Source: Promethearchaeati archaeon SRVP18_Atabeyarchaeia-1 (GTDB lineage: Archaea > Asgardarchaeota > Atabeyarchaeia > Atabeyarchaeales > Atabeyarchaeaceae). Taken from it: a stretch of DNA of 64,000 nucleotides. Shown piece by piece: positions 18,347 to 28,605 of the stretch. How positions within the stretch are numbered: position 1 is the first letter of the stretch; the number at the start of each line of letters is the position of its first letter. Position numbers and translations under genes: made by a program. Where the stretch lies: assembly GCA_037308085.1 (NCBI GenBank), contig CP147779.1, forward strand, positions 2,016,001-2,080,000. Direction: 5' to 3'. The notes below the pieces were generated by a model that worked only from the letters and a program-made list of their open reading frames with translations, was not told the origin of the DNA and searched no databases.

Positions 18347-19000
18347 ATGGTAGACGCACAGGCGATCATGTCCCTGGAGATCTTAGCTGTGAAGGAGCAA
18401 GCCAAAGTGTATGGCCCGGTCATCCCGAGACTCGTCGGAATCTCCGCGTCGAAGTTTGTCGCCGAAAAACTGGGGGAAGCCACACCCGCCGTCAACAACC
18501 TTGACCAAGCCGTCGACTACCTTACAAAGAGCCAAAGCCGGTACCCGAAAGCCTTCACGGCCTTGGCCTACGGAGTCTACAAGGCGGGAAGCACGCTTGA
18601 AGGAAACTCCGGCGCCAGCACCAGGATCTTCAAGTCAATCATGAGAAAGATCATGGAGAGCATGGGGCTCGGGAAGATGCTGGGCCGCGAGCAGAGCACA
18701 TGTGCCGCGATAACGAAGAACACGAAGTTCAACGAGGACATGAACGTAGTTGAGAAGGGAATCACGAAGGTCACCGGAGACAGCAATACTGCCGTGAACG
18801 CTATCACGGGGTGCGACTACATCGACGTATGCAACAAACTAGCACAGGAAGGAATTTTCAGGGCAGCCTCATGCGGGCTAGAGTGCATCTACGCGCTGTC
18901 GGACGCCGCCACAGCAGCAATGCTGACGGGCAGCGAACACGAATACCGGGTATTGAGGTTCGACCCACCGATATGCGAGTACAAGGTTTTCAAGCTTTGA
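18347..19000 (+). CDS. Hypothetical protein, V4R-like Cys pattern (paralog of 33615..34319)
   Basis: GGAGG before ATG 18347; KVYGPV; GCDYIDVC...ECIY...ICEY. Confidence 0.6.
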   Translation: MVDAQAIMSLEILAVKEQAKVYGPVIPRLVGISASKFVAEKLGEATPAVNNLDQAVDYLTKSQSRYPKAFTALAYGVYKAGSTLEGNSGASTRIFKSIMRKIMESMGLGKMLGREQSTCAAITKNTKFNEDMNVVEKGITKVTGDSNTAVNAITGCDYIDVCNKLAQEGIFRAASCGLECIYALSDAATAAMLTGSEHEYRVLRFDPPICEYKVFKL

Positions 19001-19059
19001 GAACAGCGACCTTTCACGGATCGCCCACTGGAACTATTCAGATCTGCGGGGGGATTTGG

Positions 19060-19533
19060 ATGTCTTTATCCAGCAAGTTGAGCCATTTTCGCGTTACCGA
19101 CGCAAAATTCGTGACAGGGGGAAAGAAGGGCGGCGGCAGAATGATAGAAGTCCGCCTTGAGGGCGCAAAGATCCTGCCCGCGCAAACCATACAGATCGTT
19201 GAGCACGAGCCTTGGATTGGATCCTGGTGGAAGACACGAAACTCAAAAAAGATACTTCTTGATGATGATGCCGCTACAAAAGACAAGTACATTCTCAGCC
19301 TCGCGATCCACGAGGTAGTCGAGAAGTGGGTGTACGAGACCTTCTTCAAAGGCACTCCAATCAGCAAGGTGTACTCAACTTGCCATAGGACGGCGCAAAA
19401 CCTGGAACGAACTTACCATCAACAGAAGTGGGGAAAGGAATCCTGGAAGGAATACTCGAAGATAGTCAACAAGGCGTACCGGAAAGAGAGGAGGTACGAG
19501 GAGAGCGACAAGGCAAAGGCAACAAGCAGGTGA
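19060..19533 (+). CDS. Hypothetical basic protein with HExxE...H motif
   Basis: LAIHEVVEKW...CHRTAQNLE; likely start ATG 19060. Confidence 0.55.
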   Translation: MSLSSKLSHFRVTDAKFVTGGKKGGGRMIEVRLEGAKILPAQTIQIVEHEPWIGSWWKTRNSKKILLDDDAATKDKYILSLAIHEVVEKWVYETFFKGTPISKVYSTCHRTAQNLERTYHQQKWGKESWKEYSKIVNKAYRKERRYEESDKAKATSR

Positions 19534-19538
19534 GGCTC

Positions 19539-20150
19539 TCACACCCGTCCTGCAAAGTAGCTGCTCACGGCGCCTGCTATCCTTACGGCGACTGGACCTA
19601 CTATGAGAAGTGTAATCAACGAGACGCTTAGGAATGGCAGGAAATTGTAGAGAAGCGTGGGCAGAAGGTTCTGTCCAGCGATCACCAAGAGTCCACCCAA
19701 GTAGAGGATCACCATTGCGATGAGGCCTGCCATGGTGAATACCAGTAGCTTGCCTAGCCTCCTCCCTCTTGAGAAGCCTTCGCCTTCGGTGTAGTGCGGG
19801 ATACCTGTTATGAGGCCGAGCAAACCGTAGGAGAGGTTGATGACTCCGAGAGCTATGATCTGCTGCGTGAAAAGGGCATCGGCACCTAGGGTTCCAAGGA
19901 ACCCGACGAGTAGACCTGACAGCGGACCGAAGAACGCTGCTGCTACCGGGATAGCAAGCAAGGCGAAGTCTATCTGCACCGTGAGCATGCCCATGAGTTT
20001 GTAGCTGGGCGACCTCACGAAGTACAGGACTATGTAGCTCACTATCCCTGCGAGGGAGCCCAGCAGTGTCTTGAGGATGTCCTCGCGGGTTTGGAGTCGC
20101 ATGAAGTACAGGGCTCTTTCCAGTCGGGTTTTCTCCTTCTTCTTGGTCAT
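19539..20150 (-). CDS. ECF transporter S component
   Basis: IPVAAAFFGPLSGLLVGFLGTLGADAL motif; about 5-6 TM. Confidence 0.8.
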   Translation of the reverse strand: MTKKKEKTRLERALYFMRLQTREDILKTLLGSLAGIVSYIVLYFVRSPSYKLMGMLTVQIDFALLAIPVAAAFFGPLSGLLVGFLGTLGADALFTQQIIALGVINLSYGLLGLITGIPHYTEGEGFSRGRRLGKLLVFTMAGLIAMVILYLGGLLVIAGQNLLPTLLYNFLPFLSVSLITLLIVGPVAVRIAGAVSSYFAGRV

Positions 20151-20165
20151 TGTTCATCGTCCCTC

Positions 20166-21776
20166 TCACGCGATGACGAATGAGTAGCTGCCTGGAGTGA
20201 GTGTAAGTAGCATCTGGCTGCCATTCTGGGTCCAGTTTGCGTATGTGCCCTGCGCCGTGTAGACGTTCTGGACGCTTGGGAAGTTGCTGAACGTCAAGAC
20301 CACATTACTGGCCGTCTCCAAGGTTAGAATGAACGCTGCTCTGGCGGTATCGTAGTAGGCCTGGTAGATGAATAACCCGTCCGTCGTGGACTGGTTAGAG
20401 ATGTAGGGCTTCGCGAAGAAGGTGTCGTTTCGAGGATTCATGAGATCAGTCAGAGTCGAGCTGGCGTGGCACCAAGCCCACGCGACGTTGATGACTGGGA
20501 AGGCGAACGAACTCAGGCTACCCATGACGCTTGTGTCAAAGGAGTACTTGTAGCCGCTCCAACTGGCTTCAAAGGGGCTATAGAACCAGTTCTCAAGCTT
20601 CCTGAAGAGCGCTTGGTCGCCCATCTCTCGTGCACAGAATAGGGCAAACACGTTGCCTACGTATTCGGAGAGGCTGAAGTCATGTGGGTAGTAGTACGAG
20701 TCCACCACGTAGGCGGTGTCCTCCGTGCTATAGTGGACAAAGGCTCCTTTCCAGTTGCCATACAGCTCGTTGGCGAGCGCTGTCATCCCCATGGCGTTGT
20801 AGAACATTGTTGTCCACGCAGAGCCGTAGGCTGAGACCTTGGGGTATGTTGTTCCCCTGGTTAATGCTGGTCCGGGATAGGATTGCGGGGCATCACTTCC
20901 TCTATGCTCCATGAGAGGTGCACGTATGTAGTAGCCGTCCACAGGTATCCCCCGGGGGTCAATCATGTTCGCCTCCCACCAGGAGATGCCCGGCAAGGTG
21001 GCTTGCTGGTAGTTTGTGCCGTGGAGCTTGTCGTATAGCCTCATCGCGTAGAAGGGGATGCAATTGCACTGCACAAACACGATGAAGGGCTCGCAGGGTA
21101 TCAATCCCACTCCCCACCTGCCGAGGCCATTCGAGGGGTTTCCGTCCCACGTCACGTTTGCGGTAAGCGTCGCGTTCCACTGGTCCATGTAGCTCTCTAT
21201 CTCGCTGTTGTAGATGCTGTCATGGAACAGGCTGTAGTATAGCAGTTCCATCAACGCGTAGTGCCCGGTCCACATGATGTTTGTGGGACCCCTGAAACTA
21301 TTGCCAAGAAGCGAATAGTTGGCGTTAGTGAAATCAGGGCTGATCCATTCAAGCTGCTCCATCGCGGAGCTGTTCATCATGGCGATGAGTTTGTGGAATA
21401 CCTCTGTGTAGTAGCTGGTTCGGTAGCCTGGCGTGGAGTCAGCGATCTTCGCCATTCCATAGGTCGTGAACGCCAGGAAGTACTGAGTCATGAAGGGCGG
21501 TAGCATGCTCAGATCGTTCACACTCGAATTCGACAGATCAGTTACACCGTAGTAGTCCCGGAAAAGGTTGAGCAGCCCGATAACTCGCCGGTCGAGCACC
21601 GGATACGCGTTCAAGTCAAAGGACCCTTTTCCCTGGACGCTTATCACGCCAAGCTGGGGATTCGCATACTGGGCGGGTGCCAGCAGGAAGGTTGAAGTTC
21701 CAGCTGCTATTGTCATTATGAGAAGGAGTGAGAAGAACTTGTTTTTCGAAGCTAGACTGATGGTTTTCTTGGCCAA
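20166..21776 (-). CDS. Secreted/anchored linalool dehydratase/isomerase (LinD/Ldi) family protein
   Basis: YFLAFTTYG, NIMWTGH, IPCEPFIVFVQCN, SAYGSAW match LinD motifs (NIMYKGH, CEPDNYFVQCN, YTTAW); N-terminal signal peptide. Confidence 0.8.
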   Translation of the reverse strand: MAKKTISLASKNKFFSLLLIMTIAAGTSTFLLAPAQYANPQLGVISVQGKGSFDLNAYPVLDRRVIGLLNLFRDYYGVTDLSNSSVNDLSMLPPFMTQYFLAFTTYGMAKIADSTPGYRTSYYTEVFHKLIAMMNSSAMEQLEWISPDFTNANYSLLGNSFRGPTNIMWTGHYALMELLYYSLFHDSIYNSEIESYMDQWNATLTANVTWDGNPSNGLGRWGVGLIPCEPFIVFVQCNCIPFYAMRLYDKLHGTNYQQATLPGISWWEANMIDPRGIPVDGYYIRAPLMEHRGSDAPQSYPGPALTRGTTYPKVSAYGSAWTTMFYNAMGMTALANELYGNWKGAFVHYSTEDTAYVVDSYYYPHDFSLSEYVGNVFALFCAREMGDQALFRKLENWFYSPFEASWSGYKYSFDTSVMGSLSSFAFPVINVAWAWCHASSTLTDLMNPRNDTFFAKPYISNQSTTDGLFIYQAYYDTARAAFILTLETASNVVLTFSNFPSVQNVYTAQGTYANWTQNGSQMLLTLTPGSYSFVIA

Positions 21777-22038
21777 TAAGCCTCACCAAATCAGCGTTAT
21801 TTCGCAAGGTTCTTCCCTATTAAGCCACTGGTAGAGCACCTATCGAAGTCGGCAATCTCATACGTCAATCATGGATCTACGCTTTATAGCTGGTGGAGAG
21901 ATATGTGCCGTGTGGAGAGAGGCTCGCCTGTCCATGGGCTACAGGCTGGAATCTCGAAAAGGGCGATCCGGTATCAATTCGAAGAATATATATCGCTTTC
22001 AAGGAATTGTGTTAGCGGAGTTCCTGGAGGCGCTTAAG

Positions 22039-22818
22039 ATGAGCAAGGATAATGTGAGTATCATCACTAAGAAGCTGAACAAGAGATTCGACAAAGTTCA
22101 GGCGGTCAAGAACTTGGACCTGCAAGTAGATGTGGGCACCAGATTTGGATTCTTGGGACCGAACGGTTCAGGAAAAACAACTACCGTTCGCATGCTGTCG
22201 GCCCTGATGAAACCGACCAGTGGCCAGGCCACTGTCTGCGGTTTTGATATCGTCAGAGAAGCCAGCAAAGTCAAGAGTGTGACAGGCCTGCTTCCCGAAA
22301 CCCCCGGAGTCTACTCTAAGCTTTCCGCTGTCGAGTTCCTAGAGTTCATAGGCGCACTCCGCGACATGAGCGGAGAGGCGCTCCACAAGCGAGTCGACCG
22401 CATTCTAGAAATGCTTGGGCTTGAAAGCCGCGAGAATGACCTTCTCGAATCCTATTCATCTGGAATGAAGCAGAAGGTGCTTGTAGCGTCGACGCTGCTA
22501 CATGATCCGAAGCTCGTCTTCCTGGATGAGCCGACTTCTCGTCTAGACCCTGCCGCAAGCGCACTAATAAAGGACCTCATAATCGTCCTCGCAAAGGAAA
22601 CTCACACAACCTTCTTTATATGCACACACCAGACTGCCTTCGCGGAGGGCGTCTGCGACGAGATCGGGATACTCAGCGAAGGAGAGCTTGTCACCGTGGG
22701 TTCACCCGACGACATAATGCGATCCGTAAAAGCAAGGACCCTTGAAGACGCATACCTAAGCATTGTTGGAGGAAAAGTCGACCGCGAAAAGCTCCTCGAG
22801 TGGAGGAAAGGTAAATGA
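22039..22818 (+). CDS. ABC transporter ATP-binding protein
   Basis: GPNGSGKT, YSSGMKQK, FLDEPT; GGAGG before ATG 22039. Confidence 0.92.
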   Translation: MSKDNVSIITKKLNKRFDKVQAVKNLDLQVDVGTRFGFLGPNGSGKTTTVRMLSALMKPTSGQATVCGFDIVREASKVKSVTGLLPETPGVYSKLSAVEFLEFIGALRDMSGEALHKRVDRILEMLGLESRENDLLESYSSGMKQKVLVASTLLHDPKLVFLDEPTSRLDPAASALIKDLIIVLAKETHTTFFICTHQTAFAEGVCDEIGILSEGELVTVGSPDDIMRSVKARTLEDAYLSIVGGKVDREKLLEWRKGK

Positions 22819-24500
22819 CCCGCAAGTGGTTTCAGGTTGCAAGGGCTGAGTTCCTCGCTTCGACATCGAGGTACCGTGGCAAGCGGCGCATCGTGTGGGT
22901 TGGCGCTTCTGCTCTAGGCGTTTTCTGGGCTCTATACATAGTTCCAACAATCGTGTCACAGTTGCTCGCCGAAATCGGCCCACTGGTGGCCCCGATATTG
23001 CAGAGCGCCTATTTCTTTCCGGGGTTCATGCGTTCGACCATCATGCTAGTGTGGTCTATGCTTCTCATCTATCCGATGTCAGCCGCGCTCCAAGAGATCA
23101 AAGTTGGGCAATGGGAGATTATGCTTAGTCACGACGTCGGGACGAGAAGCATCATGATAGGCACCTTCCTAGCTAAGATCCCCGTATACGGTTTGGTAAC
23201 GCTTTTCCTCGCGCCGATCCTCGTCTCACCCTTCGCCATATTCTATAGCGTCTCAGTTATTGGCCAGGTATTCATGTATCTGACCATATTCTTCATTGCC
23301 GTGAGCACGATCTGGCTTGCCAACTTCCTCATAACAGCGATACAGGGGAAGCTTGGCGATTCCCCCAGGGGAAACGACTTGGCCAAGGCTCTCGGCATAG
23401 TGCTTGGCATCATTGTTATTGTCCCCATGTACGGGCTCATCTACCTTGCTCCCACTGTTTCACAGATACTGGGAACTAACGTCTTCCTCTTTCTTCCCTT
23501 CACATGGGGCGCGGACTTGCTCACTTGGATCATTATCTCGTTTAACGGTGTAGGGCTCCCCCAGTCAACCATGACAGCCTTTGCGTCGGCACTCACCCTA
23601 GACTGGTTCTCCGATCTCCTACTCCTCTCCGTGTTCTCTCTAGCCATCATCGGACTAGCCTTCGGCTCTGCGGGCAGGCTGTTCCGCATTGGAGCAGGTG
23701 CCAGAACTGAGAAGATCGTTACTGTCGGAAAAGACGGCCCCTTCCTGAGGCTCATCCGGCGAGTCTTCCCTGGATCCTTTGGAGTTCTTCTCACCACGTC
23801 ACTCAAGGATTTCTTGCGGAAGGCACAAAACGTTTCGATGCTAGCTTATGCCATAGTCTTGTCAGTTATCCTCCCCTTCTTTCTGAACCTCGAAGGCATA
23901 AACGCCGGGCATGGCACGGTGAGTGAAGCGTTCCTGACCTACTTCATTACGCCGGTGATTTTCGGGTGGATGCTCGGTATCTTCAGCGGCATGAGCTTCG
24001 GAGGAATTGGATTCCTTGATTCCCAAGACCAGCTGTGGATCATTAAAACACCCCCGAAGGGCGCAACAAGATTCGTCAAAGCAAGAGTAGTAGAGGCATT
24101 TCTAATGGCTCTGATTATCGCAACTATCCCTGCGGCTATTTTCCTTATCTTGATGAACTACAGCCTCATCCAGACGATTGTGATCTGGATCTATGGATAT
24201 CTGTCGGTATGCGGTTCAGCAATGGTGGGCATAGGAGTTTCTGCGATTAACCCGACGTATGATGACACGCAAAGCGGTGCATTCAAGTCAGGCAGGTTGA
24301 TAACAGTGTTCATTGTGATGGGAACTTCGATGATCTGGTTCTTTGTCGCGATCTTCTCAATATTCCCCGCCCTGGGAACACCAGACCTTTCTAATCCCTT
24401 TATGCTACCACTGGCGCTCGGCATCATGATCGCGCCTTTGCTGCTGGCGGGTTTGTTGACCGCGTATATTGGCGCGAGGAGACTCAGGAGACCCTACTAG
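22815..24500 (+). CDS. ABC-2 type exporter permease
   Basis: Many TM helices; ATGA-like overlap with the ATPase gene. Confidence 0.8.
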   Translation: MTRKWFQVARAEFLASTSRYRGKRRIVWVGASALGVFWALYIVPTIVSQLLAEIGPLVAPILQSAYFFPGFMRSTIMLVWSMLLIYPMSAALQEIKVGQWEIMLSHDVGTRSIMIGTFLAKIPVYGLVTLFLAPILVSPFAIFYSVSVIGQVFMYLTIFFIAVSTIWLANFLITAIQGKLGDSPRGNDLAKALGIVLGIIVIVPMYGLIYLAPTVSQILGTNVFLFLPFTWGADLLTWIIISFNGVGLPQSTMTAFASALTLDWFSDLLLLSVFSLAIIGLAFGSAGRLFRIGAGARTEKIVTVGKDGPFLRLIRRVFPGSFGVLLTTSLKDFLRKAQNVSMLAYAIVLSVILPFFLNLEGINAGHGTVSEAFLTYFITPVIFGWMLGIFSGMSFGGIGFLDSQDQLWIIKTPPKGATRFVKARVVEAFLMALIIATIPAAIFLILMNYSLIQTIVIWIYGYLSVCGSAMVGIGVSAINPTYDDTQSGAFKSGRLITVFIVMGTSMIWFFVAIFSIFPALGTPDLSNPFMLPLALGIMIAPLLLAGLLTAYIGARRLRRPY

Positions 24501-24605
24501 CCGCAAGACGGCTGCCGACAGGCAGACAGCTGCAGCCGCAAGCCGCCATCGGTTCTCTCCACCTAAAACTATATTACACTAGACCATGAGAAGTGACGCC
24601 GATCG

Positions 24606-25214
24606 GTGGTGTTGCAGTTGATGAGGGACGAGATCATTAGTTTCGTCAAGCAAATGAAAGCCGGCGACCATGTAATCTTCTTCCACTCAAGCCGTGAAGA
24701 CAAGCGCTACGTCCTCTTCACATATATTCAAGCTGGGCTCGAAAAGGGACAAGCAGCAGCTTACGTGACTAGCCAGGAGACCCCGGACCAAGTTAGAAAA
24801 GCCATGCAGGAATACGGAGTCGATGTGAAGCGCCACGAGGCTAGCGGCGCACTAAGGGTGATAGACTACAGAGGATGGTACATCATTGGCGGAGGATTTG
24901 ACCCTGAGAAAACTATGGATCTGTGGAGAGGATTAGTAAGGGAAACTAGGAAGAAAGGATTCAAGGGCATGCGGGTAACTGGGGACATGACGTGCTTCTT
25001 TGACCACGAAATCGTTCAAGACCTAATGGAGTATGAGGCAAACTTCAGCAAATCGGTTGGCGCTGAGATTATGGCCATCTGCGCCTATGATCAGCGGCTC
25101 TTCGCCGAGCAGTCAGTGAAAGCCGACTCCCCTGAAGTAATGCTGAGCCTTCTGACATCACACTCTACCGCGATCATCACGGGACACCCAGAAGGGCTGG
25201 TCAAGACTATCTAG
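24606..25214 (+). CDS. Standalone MEDS domain protein
   Basis: GDHVIFF, YI.AGL..G, GMRVTGDM, LMEYE, AICAYD. Confidence 0.85.
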   Translation: MVLQLMRDEIISFVKQMKAGDHVIFFHSSREDKRYVLFTYIQAGLEKGQAAAYVTSQETPDQVRKAMQEYGVDVKRHEASGALRVIDYRGWYIIGGGFDPEKTMDLWRGLVRETRKKGFKGMRVTGDMTCFFDHEIVQDLMEYEANFSKSVGAEIMAICAYDQRLFAEQSVKADSPEVMLSLLTSHSTAIITGHPEGLVKTI

Positions 25215-25240
25215 ATGCCGAGAGACATGCGAATTGCGCA

Positions 25241-26278
25241 TTAAATCGGTTCTCGTTTTTCCTTGACGGCTCTTAGACCGTAAGCAAGCAGGGCAACGAC
25301 AACCAGCAACGCAACGTAGGTTGCAGAGAATGCCTGAATGTATTGTTGAGCAAGGAACGGGTAGATTACGTACTCGATGAGAGCTAAGTGCAGAACATAG
25401 ATGAAGAGAGAAGACTCGCCCACGACGCTCAGGGGTTTGCATATAGCCGAGGACGAAGTCCAACCCACCAAGGTGAAAAGCACAACTATCAGCCCGATCG
25501 CGGTCAAAGCGTAGCCGATCGAAGGGGGATAGAACAGTTCGCTGTATCCCGCGCGAACTAAGAGGCTGCCAGGAAAGATCAGCCAGACGAGAATACCAAC
25601 GACAAGAAGCCCAAGCCCGGCCACCAGAAACCCAGTTCCTCCGAAACTATCCTTAGAGTTGGAGCTCCAACGAATGTTAGCGAGGGTGGCGCCTAAGAAG
25701 GAGAATCCTAGCCAAGGAAAAACGGGGAACCAGCCGTCCACCAACCAGTGATTCAGAACGCCCATCTGGTTCGAGACGATGAAGGTTTGTTGCCCCAGCA
25801 GGTTGAATTCGGTCGGATAGTCAGCATAGCCAAGAGCTATCTGGAGAAGGGGAGTGGCGGCGAGGATGGCGATTATGATGACCCACTGAATAGCAGGTCT
25901 GAGCCTTAGAAACAGGTATGCGAGTGGAATTGAGACGCCAATCAGGTAGAGTACATCAACGGTCGTGAAAGGATAGATCCTCCATATTGTAAGGTCGACC
26001 AGCACTCCCACCAGTATGACCTTTGCCCCCCGGACTGAGAAGTGCCTCAAGTTGTGCCCTTCTGTTCTGGCTGTGTAAGCAACCATCATACCGGAAATCA
26101 GTATGAACAACGGCGCAGCGAAGGATCCGTAGAGGCGGAGCCAAAGTGGATGCGGCTGAAGTAGCAGAAAGGCGGCGCTGTTGGCGGCGATCATCATGAT
26201 AACTGCAATCCCACGGAGCGTATCCACGGACGCATCTCGTACCTGAGCTAAGGGACTCTTACCCCGTTCCTGCGGCAT
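25241..26278 (-). CDS. DUF1624 / heparan-alpha-glucosaminide N-acetyltransferase-like membrane protein
   Basis: RD.SVD.LRGIAVI.MI, AAPLF..ISG, FPVFPW, SL.IY.LH. Confidence 0.8.
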   Translation of the reverse strand: MPQERGKSPLAQVRDASVDTLRGIAVIMMIAANSAAFLLLQPHPLWLRLYGSFAAPLFILISGMMVAYTARTEGHNLRHFSVRGAKVILVGVLVDLTIWRIYPFTTVDVLYLIGVSIPLAYLFLRLRPAIQWVIIIAILAATPLLQIALGYADYPTEFNLLGQQTFIVSNQMGVLNHWLVDGWFPVFPWLGFSFLGATLANIRWSSNSKDSFGGTGFLVAGLGLLVVGILVWLIFPGSLLVRAGYSELFYPPSIGYALTAIGLIVVLFTLVGWTSSSAICKPLSVVGESSLFIYVLHLALIEYVIYPFLAQQYIQAFSATYVALLVVVALLAYGLRAVKEKREPI

Positions 26279-26957
26279 GCGAGAATCTACCCTCTGCAGA
26301 CCATTCCTCCTTCACGAGTGCAGTAGAGGCAAACAGAGATAATAATCCCCCCCACGAATTACTCGGCTCCTTGGAGAGTCTCGCGCGCCCCGTTCTTGCT
26401 GCTTCTTTGCGGTGTCACATTTGTAACAAGTTTAGACTGATATAGCGCCTATAACCGACTATTATTCATGAGCCTCTGTGTGAGGACAGGACGCACGAAG
26501 CCTGTGTCGGCTTCGGCATACGGCATCAGCCTATTCCGGTGAAGAACCGGGTGGAAATCAAAGACCCACATGGAGACTCTAACTGCAACCCGCTCCTCCA
26601 ATAATGTCTGTTGGAGCCTAACTCAGCTAACGCACAGATTGCCGCTTGAGAGCAACCTACGCCACTAGGGCGGCAGTAACTGCTTTCCGTGTTCCCGCTG
26701 TTCCTCGTTAATTCTCTCCTGCCTGCCGTCTCAGTGGCGACCCATTGTTGATGTGGCTGCGAGTTCCGCTCCGAGGGGCGGGTCCTGAACTATGACAAAC
26801 TCGGATTGCCAGAAATGTGTGATCTAAGAAAGATGCCTACTTCTTGGCCACAGATTGCGATTGGAGGAAGCTGGCCAAGCGCAATACGAGCCTGAACAAA
26901 AAAGAAGGGTTGAGGTTAGAGTTCTTGCGGCAGAGGAATTTATGGCTTTAGAACCCT

Positions 26958-27572
26958 CTACTTCTTCGTTATGTCTTGGAGTCTCTTGTTAATTTCAGCC
27001 CAATTGACGATGTTCCAGAAAGCTTCAAGGTACTTAGCTCTGTCATTCTTGTAATCGATGTAGTATGCGTGCTCAAAGACATCGACAACCATCAGGATTC
27101 TGAATGTCGGAATAACATTCGTGTTGTGCTTCTCAACCTGCATTATTATCGGTTTGCCGAGTTCCCTGCAGTAGGCTAATGCTGCCCATCCAGATCCTTC
27201 TACGCTCTGTGCGGCCTGCGTGAATTCCTTCTTGAATCTGTCAAAGCTCCCGAACTCCTTGGTAAGCGCATCTAGTATAGGTCCTGTCGGTTTTCCGCTC
27301 TTAGCTGCAGGCGCTAGGTTCTCCCAGAACAGTGAGTGCATTCTGTGTCCGCCGATATTCCATGAAAGGTCCTTGAGAATTGCTTTCATGTCGAGATCCG
27401 CGTTTTCCTTTCGCGCCTTCTCGAGCTTATCAAAGTCCGCGTTTGCCCCATTGACGTACGCCTGGTGGTGTTTCTGGTGGTGTATTGTGAGCTGGGTTTC
27501 AGACATGTGAGGCTCCAAGTCCTTGTATCCGTACGGCAGCTTGGGTAATGCATAGGTTTTGGCTTTCTCCAA
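26958..27572 (-). CDS. sod: Fe/Mn superoxide dismutase
   Basis: [30 protein letters not shown]; TTG 27572 after GAAGGAGG. Confidence 0.95.
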   Translation of the reverse strand: MEKAKTYALPKLPYGYKDLEPHMSETQLTIHHQKHHQAYVNGANADFDKLEKARKENADLDMKAILKDLSWNIGGHRMHSLFWENLAPAAKSGKPTGPILDALTKEFGSFDRFKKEFTQAAQSVEGSGWAALAYCRELGKPIIMQVEKHNTNVIPTFRILMVVDVFEHAYYIDYKNDRAKYLEAFWNIVNWAEINKRLQDITKK

Positions 27573-27855
27573 AGTCGTGTATCCTCCTTCTACTCTCCAA
27601 TTAGTCCTAATCATTTCTTCCTGGCTGTTTCCTATCTAAGGTTTCCCTCATCCACTTGCTTTGAATGAGAGATAACCATATGCTTTTATCTGTTTTTCTA
27701 TCCGCTGGCCAGCTGGCCTTTGATGCTGACCTTGCGCCACATCACCGTCTTCCAAACTCATATAAAAAAGTCTGTCCCACCGCTTCGCGCGTGGGACTTA
27801 ATAAGTGTGGAGGCAAGGTCTAAGAACCTTCACCAGAACAGGTCGGCTAGCTCAG

Positions 27856-28311
27856 CTACATTTCTTCGAGGAGGGTCGTGAAAGTGTCGTGGTGATCCTC
27901 TTCCTGCTGCATTATTTCACGGAAGAGTCTGTTTGTTGTTTCGTCGCCTTCTTTTCTGGCCTTCTCAATGATTCCCTTGTAGAGCTTGATTGCGCCTTCC
28001 TCGTCTTTCACGTTCTGTGCAATCATGTCCTTGAGGTCTTCTCTAACGAAGATTGGCTCAGGCTTTGTCGTTGGTGTTCCTCCTAGGTAGAAGAGCCTCT
28101 CGGCTATCATCTCTGCGTGCTTCATCTCTTGCTTCGCAATACTCGCTAGTTCATCTTTTACGGTGAACCCTTTCACTCCACTCCACTGAACGTGCTGCCA
28201 CATGTACTGGATTGAAACCTGCATCTCAGCTGCTATCCCCTTGTTTAGAAGATCCAGCAGCTCCTTGGATACCTTAACTACACTTGCGGTCTTTATCTCG
28301 CTCAAATACAA
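27856..28311 (-). CDS. Ferritin-like / bacterioferritin domain protein
   Basis: E...QY, EMKHAE..AERL..LGG.P, EE.AI..Y, EEDH di-iron ligands. Confidence 0.88.
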   Translation of the reverse strand: MYLSEIKTASVVKVSKELLDLLNKGIAAEMQVSIQYMWQHVQWSGVKGFTVKDELASIAKQEMKHAEMIAERLFYLGGTPTTKPEPIFVREDLKDMIAQNVKDEEGAIKLYKGIIEKARKEGDETTNRLFREIMQQEEDHHDTFTTLLEEM

Positions 28312-28605
28312 TTGCCCTCCTAATATTCATCGTGTGGGCTTGGTTCTGCAATAGCTATGCTCTCTGCGTATTTATATTTTGGCTATGCCCCTGAAATCGC
28401 GCTATCGTACTCGCAGTGCAGATACACGGTAAGCGGCTATCAGGCTGTCCGTTCGGGCATCCTTTTAGGTTTGAATGGACAGTAGGATGCTTCGTGTCAG
28501 GCGCTATTCAACTCCTAGCGGAGCGCCCAAGGCAATAGCTGGTTCGCAGCGGCGAAGCATTAAGATCTACCCCGTTATGTTGCTGGAAGAAGGTGTCTCG
28601 AGTAC

